This document shows positions 1 to 8,683 of a stretch of 26,692 nt of DNA, in pieces. The DNA comes from a virus (lineage: Duplodnaviria > Heunggongvirae > Uroviricota > Caudoviricetes): the IMG/VR virus record IMGVR_UViG_2740892270_000008. One strand, 5' to 3'. The notes below the pieces were generated by a model. It was not told the DNA's origin and searched no databases. It was given only the letters and a program-made list of their open reading frames with translations. Position 1 is the first letter of the stretch; every line of letters begins with the position of its first letter. Both the position numbers and the translations under genes were made by a program.

Positions 1-199
1 GCTATTACCTTCTTCAGAGAGCCCCCAGCTACTTCCTGTGACTCTCGATGCAGCTGCCGAACAGCCAGAATCGCTCGCAGAGGACCCGAAAACCCTCAGT
101 ATCAGCTGTGAGGTAACGTTCCGGCACGGGACGCTCCGCTTCAATGGCAATGTCAGCGAAAAGCTCCTGACTCTGCTGATACAGGAACTGAAGCGATGA
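1..199 (+). CDS. tnpA: IS66-family orf1 (TnpA accessory protein), 3' fragment; 5' end outside window
   Basis: Open frame from window start (codons from nt 2) ending ...FRHGTLRFNGNVSEKLLTLLIQELKR at TGA 197-199; stop overlaps the next ATG (ATGA), the typical IS66 orf1/orf2 coupling. Family assignment from memory of IS66 Orf1 C-termini. Confidence 0.6.
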   Translation, partial: LLPSSESPQLLPVTLDAAAEQPESLAEDPKTLSISCEVTFRHGTLRFNGNVSEKLLTLLIQELKR

Positions 200-516
200 T
201 CCCGTTACCTTCCGGGATCAAAATTTGGCTGGTTGCCGGTATCACCGATATGAGAAATGGCTTCAACGGCCTGGCTGCGAAAGTACAGACGGCGCTGAAA
301 GACGATCCCATGTCCGGCCATGTTTTCATTTTCCGGGGCCGCAGCGGCAGTCAGGTTAAACTGCTGTGGTCCACCAGTGACGGACTGTGCCTCCTGACCA
401 AACGGCTGGAGCGTGGGCGCTTCGCCTGGCCGTCAGCCCGTGATGGCAAAGTGTTCCTTACACAGGCGCAGCTGGCGATGCTGCTGGAAGGTATCGACTG
501 GCGACATATAACCAGG
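1..516 (+). mobile_element. IS66-family insertion sequence fragment (orf1 end + orf2), truncated by Mu-like prophage insertion
   Basis: orf1/orf2 ATGA coupling; orf3 (DDE transposase) and right inverted repeat absent; replaced at ~517 by phage left-end sequence. Confidence 0.7.
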
Positions 517-519
517 TGA
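196..519 (+). pseudogene. tnpB: IS66-family TnpB (orf2), C-terminus disrupted at the prophage junction
   Basis: 107-aa ORF MIPLPSGIKIWLVAGITDMRNGFNGL...LTKRLERGRFAWPSARDGKVF...QLAMLLEGIDWR closely resembles IS66 Orf2 proteins as recalled (e.g. ISEc8); no orf3 transposase follows; the frame ends at TGA 517-519 where the phage-end repeats begin. Confidence 0.8.
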
Positions 520-690
520 ATCATTTGATACCGACAAGGGGTTTAGTGAAAGGAGGTGAAATCACCTGTAAGATACTGAAATAAAACAGGTGATGGCTAG
601 ATGTGCGGATAAGGTCTATTTGATACCGATTGTGCAATAATTAGTCATTTATTATAAAATCGGCAACTCATTTGATACTGTGGTTTTAGT
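517..690 (+). repeat. Putative prophage left end (attL) with three direct repeats ATTTGATAC(C/T)G, candidate transposase end-binding sites L1/L2/L3
   Basis: Copies at ~523-533, ~619-629 and ~670-680, i.e. ~6, ~101 and ~153 bp from the proposed end; this spacing resembles the Mu L1/L2/L3 arrangement as remembered. Confidence 0.5.
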
Positions 691-752
691 CTTTTAAGGC
701 GTTCCAAACAATGCGAAATACTCGATATAGTGCAAAATGCGGGCTAATGCTA

Positions 753-1298
753 TTAACCCGCTTTTGGTTCTACCGCGTTAGATTTGCGACTTCTCTCAGT
801 TTCTTCCAAAATCTCTCTGACGCGTTCGTCAGACATACCTTCAAGCTGTAATGCAGCTATTCTTTTCCTTCCTTCTAAGCGGATTAGATCTTGATTTTCA
901 GGCTCTAACAACCGAGCTAAGTACTTGGCTCCATTCAGAACCAAATTTTTCGATAGCTGCTCTAAGTCTTTTTCATCAAGTGCGCTGATAATCGTCATAA
1001 TTATCTTCTTGCTTTCATCTTGATTTTCCTTGATCTCACACCGATTCACTTGTGATGCATCACTGAATCCACATAGCCACTCAACACTTACTCCTTCGAT
1101 AGACGCAATCTGAAGGGCGACACTTAAGGATGGCTCAGTGCCACGAGACAGATAATTGTTTAGTGTTGAAAATGAAAGCCCCCAATCTCTTGCTGCAGCT
1201 CTGACGCTGCGGGAGCCAATCAGCCTTTTCAGACGCTCAGCAATGCTTTCTTTTCTACCACCAGGAAAAGAAAGAGATGTTGTTGTTTGCTTGTTCAT
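753..1298 (-). CDS. Mu c-type lysogeny repressor-like protein (HTH DNA-binding)
   Basis: 181-aa leftward ORF at the left end, divergent from ner; HTH-like segment VRAAARDWGLSFSTLNNYLSRG near the N-terminus; SD AGGAAG 8 nt upstream on minus strand; position identical to Mu c. Confidence 0.7.
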   Translation of the reverse strand: MNKQTTTSLSFPGGRKESIAERLKRLIGSRSVRAAARDWGLSFSTLNNYLSRGTEPSLSVALQIASIEGVSVEWLCGFSDASQVNRCEIKENQDESKKIIMTIISALDEKDLEQLSKNLVLNGAKYLARLLEPENQDLIRLEGRKRIAALQLEGMSDERVREILEETERSRKSNAVEPKAG

Positions 1299-1483
1299 TT
1301 TCTTTTCTTCCTATCAATTTGAAATTATTAACTTTTAGTGTTGTCAGCAACCATTGATCCACAATAGACAAAAGAAAGATGTTTTTTTTGCTTTACATGA
1401 AGCAGAAGTGGATCAATACTTATATCAAACTTGATAACTAAGTTTAGTTATCAAATTTCGTAACTTTTTAGGATAGATGAATC
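1299..1483. promoter_or_regulatory. Divergent repressor/ner operator-promoter region with inverted repeats (candidate operators and transposition enhancer)
   Basis: AT-rich 185-bp intergenic; 9-bp inverted repeat TTGATAACT-6-AGTTATCAA at 1431-1454 and related GATCAATAC...TATATCAAACTTGAT upstream; in Mu the operators between c and ner also act as the transpositional enhancer. Confidence 0.5.
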
Positions 1484-1714
1484 ATGGCGAGAAATGAAGT
1501 TAAGCCTGATTGGCATCCTCAAAGAATTTTGGGGGAAGTCAGAGCCAGAGAAGGAAGCATGAGGGCGCTGGCCCGTAAAGCTGGCGTGGGTCAGAACAAT
1601 CTGTACAACGCGGTATACCGCCATGTTCCCAAGTATGAGGGGATTATCGCGGAATGCCTGGGGGTGCCGCCCGAGGAGATTTGGCCCAGCCGCTACATTC
1701 GTAAGGTCGCGTAA
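1484..1714 (+). CDS. ner: Ner-like DNA-binding protein (early negative regulator)
   Basis: 76 aa; ...KPDWHPQRILGEVRAR...NNLYNAV...IIAECLGVPPEEIWPSRY matches the Ner family pattern (Mu Ner ...IWPSRY as recalled); located immediately before transposase. Confidence 0.85.
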   Translation: MARNEVKPDWHPQRILGEVRAREGSMRALARKAGVGQNNLYNAVYRHVPKYEGIIAECLGVPPEEIWPSRYIRKVA

Positions 1715-1716
1715 TT

Positions 1717-3804
1717 ATGTTTGCTTCAGTTAAAGAACTGGTTGGATTACCGGGGATGCCGGGAACGGAGCAAGGCGTTCGCTATTCAATCAGGAAGTAT
1801 GCAACCAGCGAAACCAGCAGACGCCGCAAGAAAGGCGCTAAAGGTTTTGAATACAGCATTGACTGTTTACCTGAAGTGACACAGCAGGCATTACGCGAAC
1901 GTTATGCCCTGCAACTGATGACGCAAAAAGCCGATGAATCACCGGCTCCGGTGGTGACAAAGGCCAGACGCTCGTCTGCCGTGGTTGATGCGGTGGAGGC
2001 ATATCGCGGATCACCACAACTGATGGTCGAACGCCTCAATGCCCTGACTGAAAACCAGCGCCAGGTGGCAGACGCACGCATTGCGATCGTCAGTGAGGTG
2101 CTGAAATTCACGCAACAACCCGGTTTCAGCTGCGCTAAAGCTATCCGGTTCCTCGTTAACAGCCTGGCACGATCACAACTGGACGAGCGCATTGTGGCAA
2201 TGGTTGAGACGGCGAACGCCAAAAAGGGAAACAGCCGCGCGTTGAGTGAAATCACGCTGAAACGCTGGATTGCGGCCTTTAACAAGGCACAGAACGCCGC
2301 TGAACGCCTGCTTTTACTGGCACCGGGTAAACGCCAGGAAATAAAAGCCGAAGATATTAACTGGCTGCCCGAATTTCTGGCGCAGTATCGCCAGTCAAAC
2401 GGCCGACCAATGACCGAGGCTTACGAGGATTTTGTTGCTGAATGGCAGCACCGGCACGCTGATGAGCCTTATATGCTCGATATCATGCCCTCTTATGACA
2501 CCATTCGCCGCGCAATGAAGAAACTGCCGGAAGTGGTGAAACAAAAAGGCCGGGTAACTGGCAGTGAATACCGTCAGCTTGAGGGATTCACGCGCCGCGA
2601 CTGGTCCAGAATGCCGGTGAATTATGTCTGGATTGGTGACGGTCACGGCATGAAGCTGAAATGCGCGCACCCGGTTCACGGGCGGCCATTCGCACCGGAA
2701 GTGACCTTTGTTATCGACGGTGGCACGCGCTTTGTGGTGGGCTGGAGCCTTGACCTGGCTGAAAATGTTTTCGCCGTAGCCGGTGCCATACAGCACGGTA
2801 TTCGCCATCATGGCAAACCGTTTCTGTATTACTCGGATAATGGCTCCGGGGAAACCGCCGACGTCCTGGATAAGGAGATTGTGGGGATACTGCCACGACT
2901 GGGGATTAATCACCCGACAGGGATTGCCGGTAATCCGCAGGGACGGGGCATTATCGAACGGCTTAACCGCACATTACCGATGCGCATAGCCCGTAAATAC
3001 CGCACCTATTTCGGGAAAGGAGCAGATCGCGAGACGTTACGTAAAACCAACCGCGATTTACGCTCGGCATTCAGTGCCCTGCAACAGGGCAAACGGCTGA
3101 ACGCCCGGCAGCAGTCAGCGATGCGTGATTTACCGTCCTGGTCTGAACTGATTGATGCCATTCGTGACGGTGTTGAGTGGTACAACAACCGGCCGCACGA
3201 TGAATTACCCATGAAGCCGAACGGTAAACATTACAGCCCGGCGGAGTTCAGAAAAAAACGCCTGGCGGAAGAGGACACGGAAATTGAATGGCTGTCCGAT
3301 GTTGAACTGCGGGATATGTTCCGGCCGATGGTGGAGCGCCCTGTAAGACGCTGTGAAATACGCTGGCTGAATAATATTTACTACGCGCCCGAGCTGCGTG
3401 ACGAGCATGGCCGTAAGGTACTTATCAGCTATGACATTCATGATGCCGAACGAATTACCGTGCGCCGCCCGGATGGCAGCGTGATTTGCGAGGCGGTATG
3501 GGACGGCAATAAACGCGAAGCCTTCCCTGTCAGCGCGGAATACTACAAACAGCAGCAGCGCCTTAAAGGCATGCGTAAACGCGCAGAGGAAAAAATCCGT
3601 GATGCCGAGGATGAGGTTGTCAACGTGCTGGAGCACAAGCCGCAGGAGCCCTGGCTGGAAAACATATACCGCCCTGTGGGTAATACGGTGACCGTTCAGC
3701 AACCGGTCGCTGACGATGAACCTGATGAAGAATACGAGCGTAATTTCCAGCGGGGATTGCAACTGCTCGAAGCGAAATTAAAAGAAAGTGATCCGCTGGC
3801 CTGA
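1717..3804 (+). CDS. Mu A-like DDE transposase
   Basis: 695 aa following ner; DDE core region VWIGDGHGMKLKCAHPVHGRPFAPEVTFVIDGGTRFVVGW and ...YYSDNGSGE...; size and position as MuA. Confidence 0.9.
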   Translation: MFASVKELVGLPGMPGTEQGVRYSIRKYATSETSRRRKKGAKGFEYSIDCLPEVTQQALRERYALQLMTQKADESPAPVVTKARRSSAVVDAVEAYRGSPQLMVERLNALTENQRQVADARIAIVSEVLKFTQQPGFSCAKAIRFLVNSLARSQLDERIVAMVETANAKKGNSRALSEITLKRWIAAFNKAQNAAERLLLLAPGKRQEIKAEDINWLPEFLAQYRQSNGRPMTEAYEDFVAEWQHRHADEPYMLDIMPSYDTIRRAMKKLPEVVKQKGRVTGSEYRQLEGFTRRDWSRMPVNYVWIGDGHGMKLKCAHPVHGRPFAPEVTFVIDGGTRFVVGWSLDLAENVFAVAGAIQHGIRHHGKPFLYYSDNGSGETADVLDKEIVGILPRLGINHPTGIAGNPQGRGIIERLNRTLPMRIARKYRTYFGKGADRETLRKTNRDLRSAFSALQQGKRLNARQQSAMRDLPSWSELIDAIRDGVEWYNNRPHDELPMKPNGKHYSPAEFRKKRLAEEDTEIEWLSDVELRDMFRPMVERPVRRCEIRWLNNIYYAPELRDEHGRKVLISYDIHDAERITVRRPDGSVICEAVWDGNKREAFPVSAEYYKQQQRLKGMRKRAEEKIRDAEDEVVNVLEHKPQEPWLENIYRPVGNTVTVQQPVADDEPDEEYERNFQRGLQLLEAKLKESDPLA

Positions 3805-3886
3805 AATAAAAAAATAACCCGAGGGGTGACTCAGGTTATTTGAGGTTTCAGTCTCGGAGAATGCTGTCTCAAGCGAGGTGAATAAT

Positions 3887-4646
3887 ATGACCGATATTAA
3901 CGATGTAATCAAGACCATTGATGAACTTATTGATGGCGGCGTACTGACGCAGTATGCCATCGCCAGAGAGGCGGGAATTTCCGACGGCACATTATCGGCT
4001 TTCCGTAAGGGAAAATATAAAGGCGATAACGCTGCTGTGGCTGCTTCCCTGCGCTCCTGGTATGAGAACTGGAATAAACAAAGCGCACTGCCGGAACCGC
4101 CGCAGTTTGTGGAAACTCAGACAGTCCAGGAGCTGCGCGCACTGTTTCAGGCGGTTCGCCTGATGGGCTGTATTAACGTTATTGTGGGCGTACCGGGTGT
4201 GGGTAAAACGGCCACTGCCCGTAATTACTGCCAGGAGCAACCAAACACCTGGATGATCACCCTGTCACCCGCGCACTCCAGCGTCACGGAGTGTCTGCTG
4301 GAGCTGGCCGATGCGCTGGGGATTGATTACACCCGCGCGAACAAAGGGGCATTATCCCGCGCCATCCGCCGTCGCCTGATGGGAACGCGTGGACTGGTGA
4401 TTGTGGATGAGGCGGATCATCTTGGTATTGACGGTCTGGAGCAACTCCGGGCAATTCAGGACGCCACGGGGATCGGGATGGTGCTTATTGGTAACCCGCG
4501 CGGATTGTTTAAAGGTGGACGCCGCGCCTTTGATGATTTATCGCGCCTGTTCAGCCGTCTTGCCCGTACAAAACAACTTCGCAAGGCCAAAAAGGCGGAT
4601 GTGCTGGCCATTGCCATGGCGTGGGGGATCAGTGGTGAGGCCGCGG
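3887..4646 (+). CDS. Mu B-like transposition ATPase (C-terminus inside N-masked block)
   Basis: Walker A GVPGVGKT and Walker B LVIVDEADHL; likely ATG 3887 with SD GAGGTG 6 nt upstream (track start 3878 is GTG); ORF runs into masked block 4647-4901 so the true stop is unknown. Confidence 0.85.
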
Positions 4647-4958
4647 NNNNNNNNNNNNNNNNNNNNNNNNNNNNNNNNNNNNNNNNNNNNNNNNNNNNNN
4701 NNNNNNNNNNNNNNNNNNNNNNNNNNNNNNNNNNNNNNNNNNNNNNNNNNNNNNNNNNNNNNNNNNNNNNNNNNNNNNNNNNNNNNNNNNNNNNNNNNNN
4801 NNNNNNNNNNNNNNNNNNNNNNNNNNNNNNNNNNNNNNNNNNNNNNNNNNNNNNNNNNNNNNNNNNNNNNNNNNNNNNNNNNNNNNNNNNNNNNNNNNNN
4901 NTACAGCGGAATATGCCGTTCTGTTGGTGCGAAACAAGTCAGCTAAATGAGGTGTTAT

Positions 4959-5213
4959 ATGAATATGCAATCCTGCGGTAACAAAATGAATTTATTCGAC
5001 TCCCTGAACAGCGCGCGCCGTCTGACCGAACTTGCCGGTGCGGTACTGGAACGCAGTAAGCGCTATCCGCAACGTTTTGCACTGAAAACCACGCCGCCGG
5101 TAGGCAACGTGCAGGGAACCGGTGAAATTGAAATCACCATACAGACCAACGGCCTGCGCCGCCGTGTGAAGGCCACCCGCATCAGCGGCTGCACGGTTTA
5201 CTGGGAGGTGTGA
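4959..5213 (+). CDS. Hypothetical early-region protein
   Basis: ORF in track (4947..5213); ATG 4959 preferred because GAGG sits 7 nt upstream; no recognisable motif. Confidence 0.4.
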   Translation: MNMQSCGNKMNLFDSLNSARRLTELAGAVLERSKRYPQRFALKTTPPVGNVQGTGEIEITIQTNGLRRRVKATRISGCTVYWEV

Positions 5214-5214
5214 G

Positions 5215-5496
5215 GTGAAAAAAAATCTCATTGCATGGGCGTGGTCGAGTGGTCTTATTGAGTTTGGTTACGTCCTGCCGGAAGGTGCATTGCCGATAGT
5301 TGCCGGAAAGCCTGCCACGGTACGGCATGTGATTGAGGTTATGGCGCGTCATGGACGTGATGAACAGGAGCAGTTACTGGTTCCGGGGATACCGGAAGCG
5401 GTGACGGAGGAAGAAGCCTTTAATGCCATGATTCGGTTCTGCCGTGAGGTTAGACGCCGGGTCAGTTATCCAAACAGAACGAGGACCAGAGGATGA
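5215..5496 (+). CDS. Hypothetical early-region protein
   Basis: 93-aa ORF with GTG start overlapping previous stop (TGAGGTG), GGAGG 7 nt upstream; stop overlaps next start (ATGA). Confidence 0.45.
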   Translation: MKKNLIAWAWSSGLIEFGYVLPEGALPIVAGKPATVRHVIEVMARHGRDEQEQLLVPGIPEAVTEEEAFNAMIRFCREVRRRVSYPNRTRTRG

Positions 5497-5765
5497 GTAA
5501 AGTCGTACGCATTATTTTCGAATACAAGGAAGATGTTATCTGCAAAAACTCTGATGGCAGCACGCACAGAGGGGTAAGTCTGGATATACGTTCAACCGGA
5601 ATAAAGAAGAAAGATAATGGACCCGCCATGATTTTTGGGGTGGTTATGCTGGCAGAAAGCAGAAACTTCGCAGAGTTTGTGGCAATGAAAGCCAGTGCAT
5701 TCATGAAAGACAGAGGCATGGCTTCCGGGGTTATTAACGGTAATGAATTTAATCAACAGGGGTAA
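5493..5765 (+). CDS. Hypothetical small protein, paralog 1 of a tandem pair
   Basis: 90 aa, N-terminus MSKVVRIIFEY; shares N-terminal motif with next ORF. Confidence 0.5.
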   Translation: MSKVVRIIFEYKEDVICKNSDGSTHRGVSLDIRSTGIKKKDNGPAMIFGVVMLAESRNFAEFVAMKASAFMKDRGMASGVINGNEFNQQG

Positions 5766-5769
5766 TTCC

Positions 5770-6063
5770 ATGAGCAAAGTACGCGTTATTTTTGAATTTA
5801 ATCATGTTTCGCATGACGAAAAGTTGGCAGGCAATGACTGTGTTGAAGTGCATGAAAAGATTGGAGTGGATGTGAAAACAGAACGTGATACGGATAACAG
5901 GCCGACGTCACTCTGTGACGTTTATGCAAGTATTCTCCAGTATCACAGTCCTGCAATTATTCAGTTTCTCTCAGCGGAATTTCAGGCATCTGCACAGTCT
6001 TTTGGAGCGGATGCCATCATTAAACGCCACCGCGTGCATAAAGCATCAGGCACACTGCAATAA
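5770..6063 (+). CDS. Hypothetical small protein, paralog 2 of a tandem pair
   Basis: ATG 5770 gives MSKVRVIFEFNH..., the same MSKV(V/R)(R/V)I(I/F)FE(Y/F) N-terminus as the preceding ORF; track start 5743 is upstream in-frame. Confidence 0.5.
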   Translation: MSKVRVIFEFNHVSHDEKLAGNDCVEVHEKIGVDVKTERDTDNRPTSLCDVYASILQYHSPAIIQFLSAEFQASAQSFGADAIIKRHRVHKASGTLQ

Positions 6064-6074
6064 GGAAAAACAAA

Positions 6075-6605
6075 ATGGCTAAACGCGTTACAAAATTAAA
6101 GGCCGCAGCCGAGGCGGCACCGCAGACCCGGGAAGAAGTCAGCCGTGATATCCGCACCCTGGGAGATATTCAGCGAGAGGCGCTGCGCCTGGAAACGGCG
6201 ATGAATGACGAAGTGGCAGAAATCACCGCCCGTTATACGCCGCAGATTGAAAATCTTAAAAAGCAAATCAAAGTGCTTTTTAAAGGGATTCAGGACTGGT
6301 GCAAAACCAACCGTGATGAGCTGACGAACGGCGGCAAAACCAAAACAGCCAATCTGACCACCGGAACGGTGTCATGGCGGCTGGGAACGCCATCATGCAG
6401 CGTCAGCCGTGATGTGGAAGGTGTGATTGAAATGCTGCGCCGTATGGGGCTTGAGCGTTTCATCCGCACGAAAGAGGAAGTGAACAAGGAAGCCGTCCTG
6501 GCGGAGCCGGATGCTGTGAAAGGCATTGCCGGTATCAAGGTGAATAAAGGCGCTGAAAGTTTTTATGTCGAGCCTTTTGAACAGGACGCCGGACTGAATA
6601 AATAA
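6075..6605 (+). CDS. gam: Gam-like host-nuclease inhibitor (Ku-like dsDNA end-binding protein)
   Basis: 176 aa; MAKR..KLKAAAEAAPQTREEV..DIRTLGDIQREALRLETAMNDEVAEIT...NRDELTNGGKTKTANLTTGTVSWR...ERFIRTKEEVNKEAVL...PFEQDAG matches Mu Gam nearly motif for motif as recalled. Confidence 0.9.
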   Translation: MAKRVTKLKAAAEAAPQTREEVSRDIRTLGDIQREALRLETAMNDEVAEITARYTPQIENLKKQIKVLFKGIQDWCKTNRDELTNGGKTKTANLTTGTVSWRLGTPSCSVSRDVEGVIEMLRRMGLERFIRTKEEVNKEAVLAEPDAVKGIAGIKVNKGAESFYVEPFEQDAGLNK

Positions 6606-6750
6606 CACCGCATTAATCAATTAAATATCACTTCATTTTAATTATGGCGCTCGCGTCAGGGGACTGCTTGCGCCTGAAAACAGAAAATAAGGGTTAAGAA
6701 ATATGAAATACGTTTATATCGTCATTAATAATGTGGTGGGGAAATAAATC

Positions 6751-7284
6751 ATGATTGATGCAAAAGTGCTTGAAGGGGTTAAAAACTGGCTGTGTATTTA
6801 TGGCCGCCTGACCTGCGGTGTACTGGCTGAAAAAATGAATATGCCGCCATCCTCCATGGTTTATTTTCTGCGTGATGCGGTTGATGCAGGCGTGCTGACG
6901 GAATGTAACGGTTTTTATGATATTCCGCGTCCCCGCCCGGTGCAGCCGGTTCGTCGCAAATGCAGCCAGGAATCTGCGGCTGATGATGTTCAGTGGTGCG
7001 GCTTCAGAAAATCCCTGCCATGGATTGAGGGGCATGATATTCCGTCGATGGCGTGGGAATTTGCTCAGGGCGTTCTGACCTGTGAAACCGTTTATGTGGT
7101 GGCTGAAGTTGATGAGCAGGCCATGAAAGAAGGCGTGCCCCAGTTTGTGATGGCGTATATCGACATACGCCTGGGCGTCATTATCTGCGGTTTAAGCGGC
7201 TGGAATATCACTGAACATGTTCTGCGCTACCTGATTGTTGACCGGACAGCAGCGCCTGCCGGGATATCTGCGGAGGTGGCGTAA
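6751..7284 (+). CDS. Hypothetical protein (possible N-terminal winged-helix)
   Basis: 177-aa ORF with SD GGTGGGGA upstream; translationally coupled to next ORF (TAATG). Confidence 0.45.
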   Translation: MIDAKVLEGVKNWLCIYGRLTCGVLAEKMNMPPSSMVYFLRDAVDAGVLTECNGFYDIPRPRPVQPVRRKCSQESAADDVQWCGFRKSLPWIEGHDIPSMAWEFAQGVLTCETVYVVAEVDEQAMKEGVPQFVMAYIDIRLGVIICGLSGWNITEHVLRYLIVDRTAAPAGISAEVA

Positions 7285-7799
7285 TGTTCTTTAAAACATC
7301 AAACCCTTCCGCGCTGGCTGCGTGGCAAAAATACCAGCAGGACTGCCAGAAAGTTAAGGATGAGGCAAAACGCCTTGAGGCCGTGCTGAATGTTGCGTGC
7401 CGGTCGGTATTTGTATCCGGTATCAGTGGATTTTACTTTAAGGGACTGCGTTTTACGGAGGACAAATATCCTTTTCATCGCGACTTATGGCGAAAACCGA
7501 CTGCGTCGAATGGCTGGAGCTGCACACCGCGCACATCACGTATCCCTAAAACCCTGCGTGTTGCCTCTGATGAACTGAACAGTCTGTGGCGTGAATATTC
7601 GCCCGTCACGTATGCCAGAACCGATGCGCTGTTGTTCTGGTTGGGTATTGATTTCTCGGCAATCCTGTTTGGCCCTGTGAAGTGGTTCTGCGTTGACGAT
7701 GTGATTTACCTTCAGTGCGGCGTAAAACCCGCAAAACAGAAAATGACCGAAATACTGTCTGATGAGTTTTATGCTGCTGAAAAGCGAGTCAGGGGGTGA
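7284..7799 (+). CDS. Hypothetical protein
   Basis: 171-aa ORF coupled to upstream ORF; no recognisable motif. Confidence 0.45.
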   Translation: MFFKTSNPSALAAWQKYQQDCQKVKDEAKRLEAVLNVACRSVFVSGISGFYFKGLRFTEDKYPFHRDLWRKPTASNGWSCTPRTSRIPKTLRVASDELNSLWREYSPVTYARTDALLFWLGIDFSAILFGPVKWFCVDDVIYLQCGVKPAKQKMTEILSDEFYAAEKRVRG

Positions 7800-7802
7800 T
7801 GC

Positions 7803-8354
7803 ATGATGAAATTACAACCCATGGGACTAAAAGGTCGCGCCCCCGCTCATGTCCGTCCGTGGACACCTGAAGAAGATGCGCTGCTGATTGCGCTTTATTC
7901 ATCCACCCCGGTTAAGGATATTGCTGCCAGAATAAAAAGAACTGTCTGGGCTGTATATAACCGGACTGGTGTATTGCGCAGTTCATACCCGGAGTTACTG
8001 AAATATAAACACCCAAGATTTACACCTGATGAAGATAAGTTTATTCGAAAAAATGCCAGAACAATGACCTGCCAGCAAATGGGAGAATATCTCGGACGTA
8101 ATAAAGATTCTGTCAGATGTCGGGCAGGAATGATTGGTGCTGGATTAACAAAGTGCGGAGAGTTACGCCCCGGCACGCGCATATCTGATGATGATGTACG
8201 TCTTATACGTGAGCTGCGTGATTCCGATTACCCACGCCGTCTGTCATTCCGGGAAATTGGCGAAAAGTTTGGAATATCTGAACATTCTGCTCACGCAGTT
8301 TATTACCGTCGCCGGACTGCCGAGGACGCTGTATTACGGGAGTTAACGCCATGA
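7803..8354 (+). CDS. Putative DNA-binding protein with three tandem HTH (Myb/SANT-like) repeats
   Basis: 183 aa; three ~45-aa repeats each beginning (T/S)P-(E/D)-ED: WTPEEDALLIALY...IAARIKRTVWAVYNR / FTPDEDKFIRKN...MGEYLGRNKDSVRCR / ISDDDVRLIREL...IGEKFGISEHSAHAVYYRR; SD AGGGGG 6 nt upstream. Confidence 0.55.
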   Translation: MMKLQPMGLKGRAPAHVRPWTPEEDALLIALYSSTPVKDIAARIKRTVWAVYNRTGVLRSSYPELLKYKHPRFTPDEDKFIRKNARTMTCQQMGEYLGRNKDSVRCRAGMIGAGLTKCGELRPGTRISDDDVRLIRELRDSDYPRRLSFREIGEKFGISEHSAHAVYYRRRTAEDAVLRELTP

Positions 8355-8683
8355 TAACGACCTTATTTGTTGAATCAGATGAACCTCTTGTGTGTGCCGC
8401 CGGAATGCCGCTCTGTGGCGGAACGCTGACCGGCGTTTATTTCGGGGATTTGCGCGGTTATCCCTGGCATTCACTGGATGACGCATTTCCGCCTGATATG
8501 GAGGCTGTCGTGCTGATTGTTCAGTATGGTGACCAACAGGAACTGCGCATCGGCCATATGGGGTATGAAGGCTTTTTTATTGATGAAGAAACCGGAGCCT
8601 GCCTTGAAGATGAGGACGGACAGGTGACGCACTGGTGCCATCTTTCGGCCTTGCCGGAATTACAGGGGATACATAATGGATGA
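8351..8683 (+). CDS. Hypothetical protein
   Basis: 110-aa ORF, ATGA-coupled to preceding gene; acidic. Confidence 0.45.
   Translation: MITTLFVESDEPLVCAAGMPLCGGTLTGVYFGDLRGYPWHSLDDAFPPDMEAVVLIVQYGDQQELRIGHMGYEGFFIDEETGACLEDEDGQVTHWCHLSALPELQGIHNG

Noticed and set aside
1902-3762. Minus-strand ORFs (1902..2285, 2395..2913, 2711..2896, 3006..3212, 3205..3762) inside the transposase gene
   Set aside because: Antisense to a confidently assigned long gene; Arg/Ser/Cys-rich low-complexity translations typical of spurious frames in GC-rich coding DNA.
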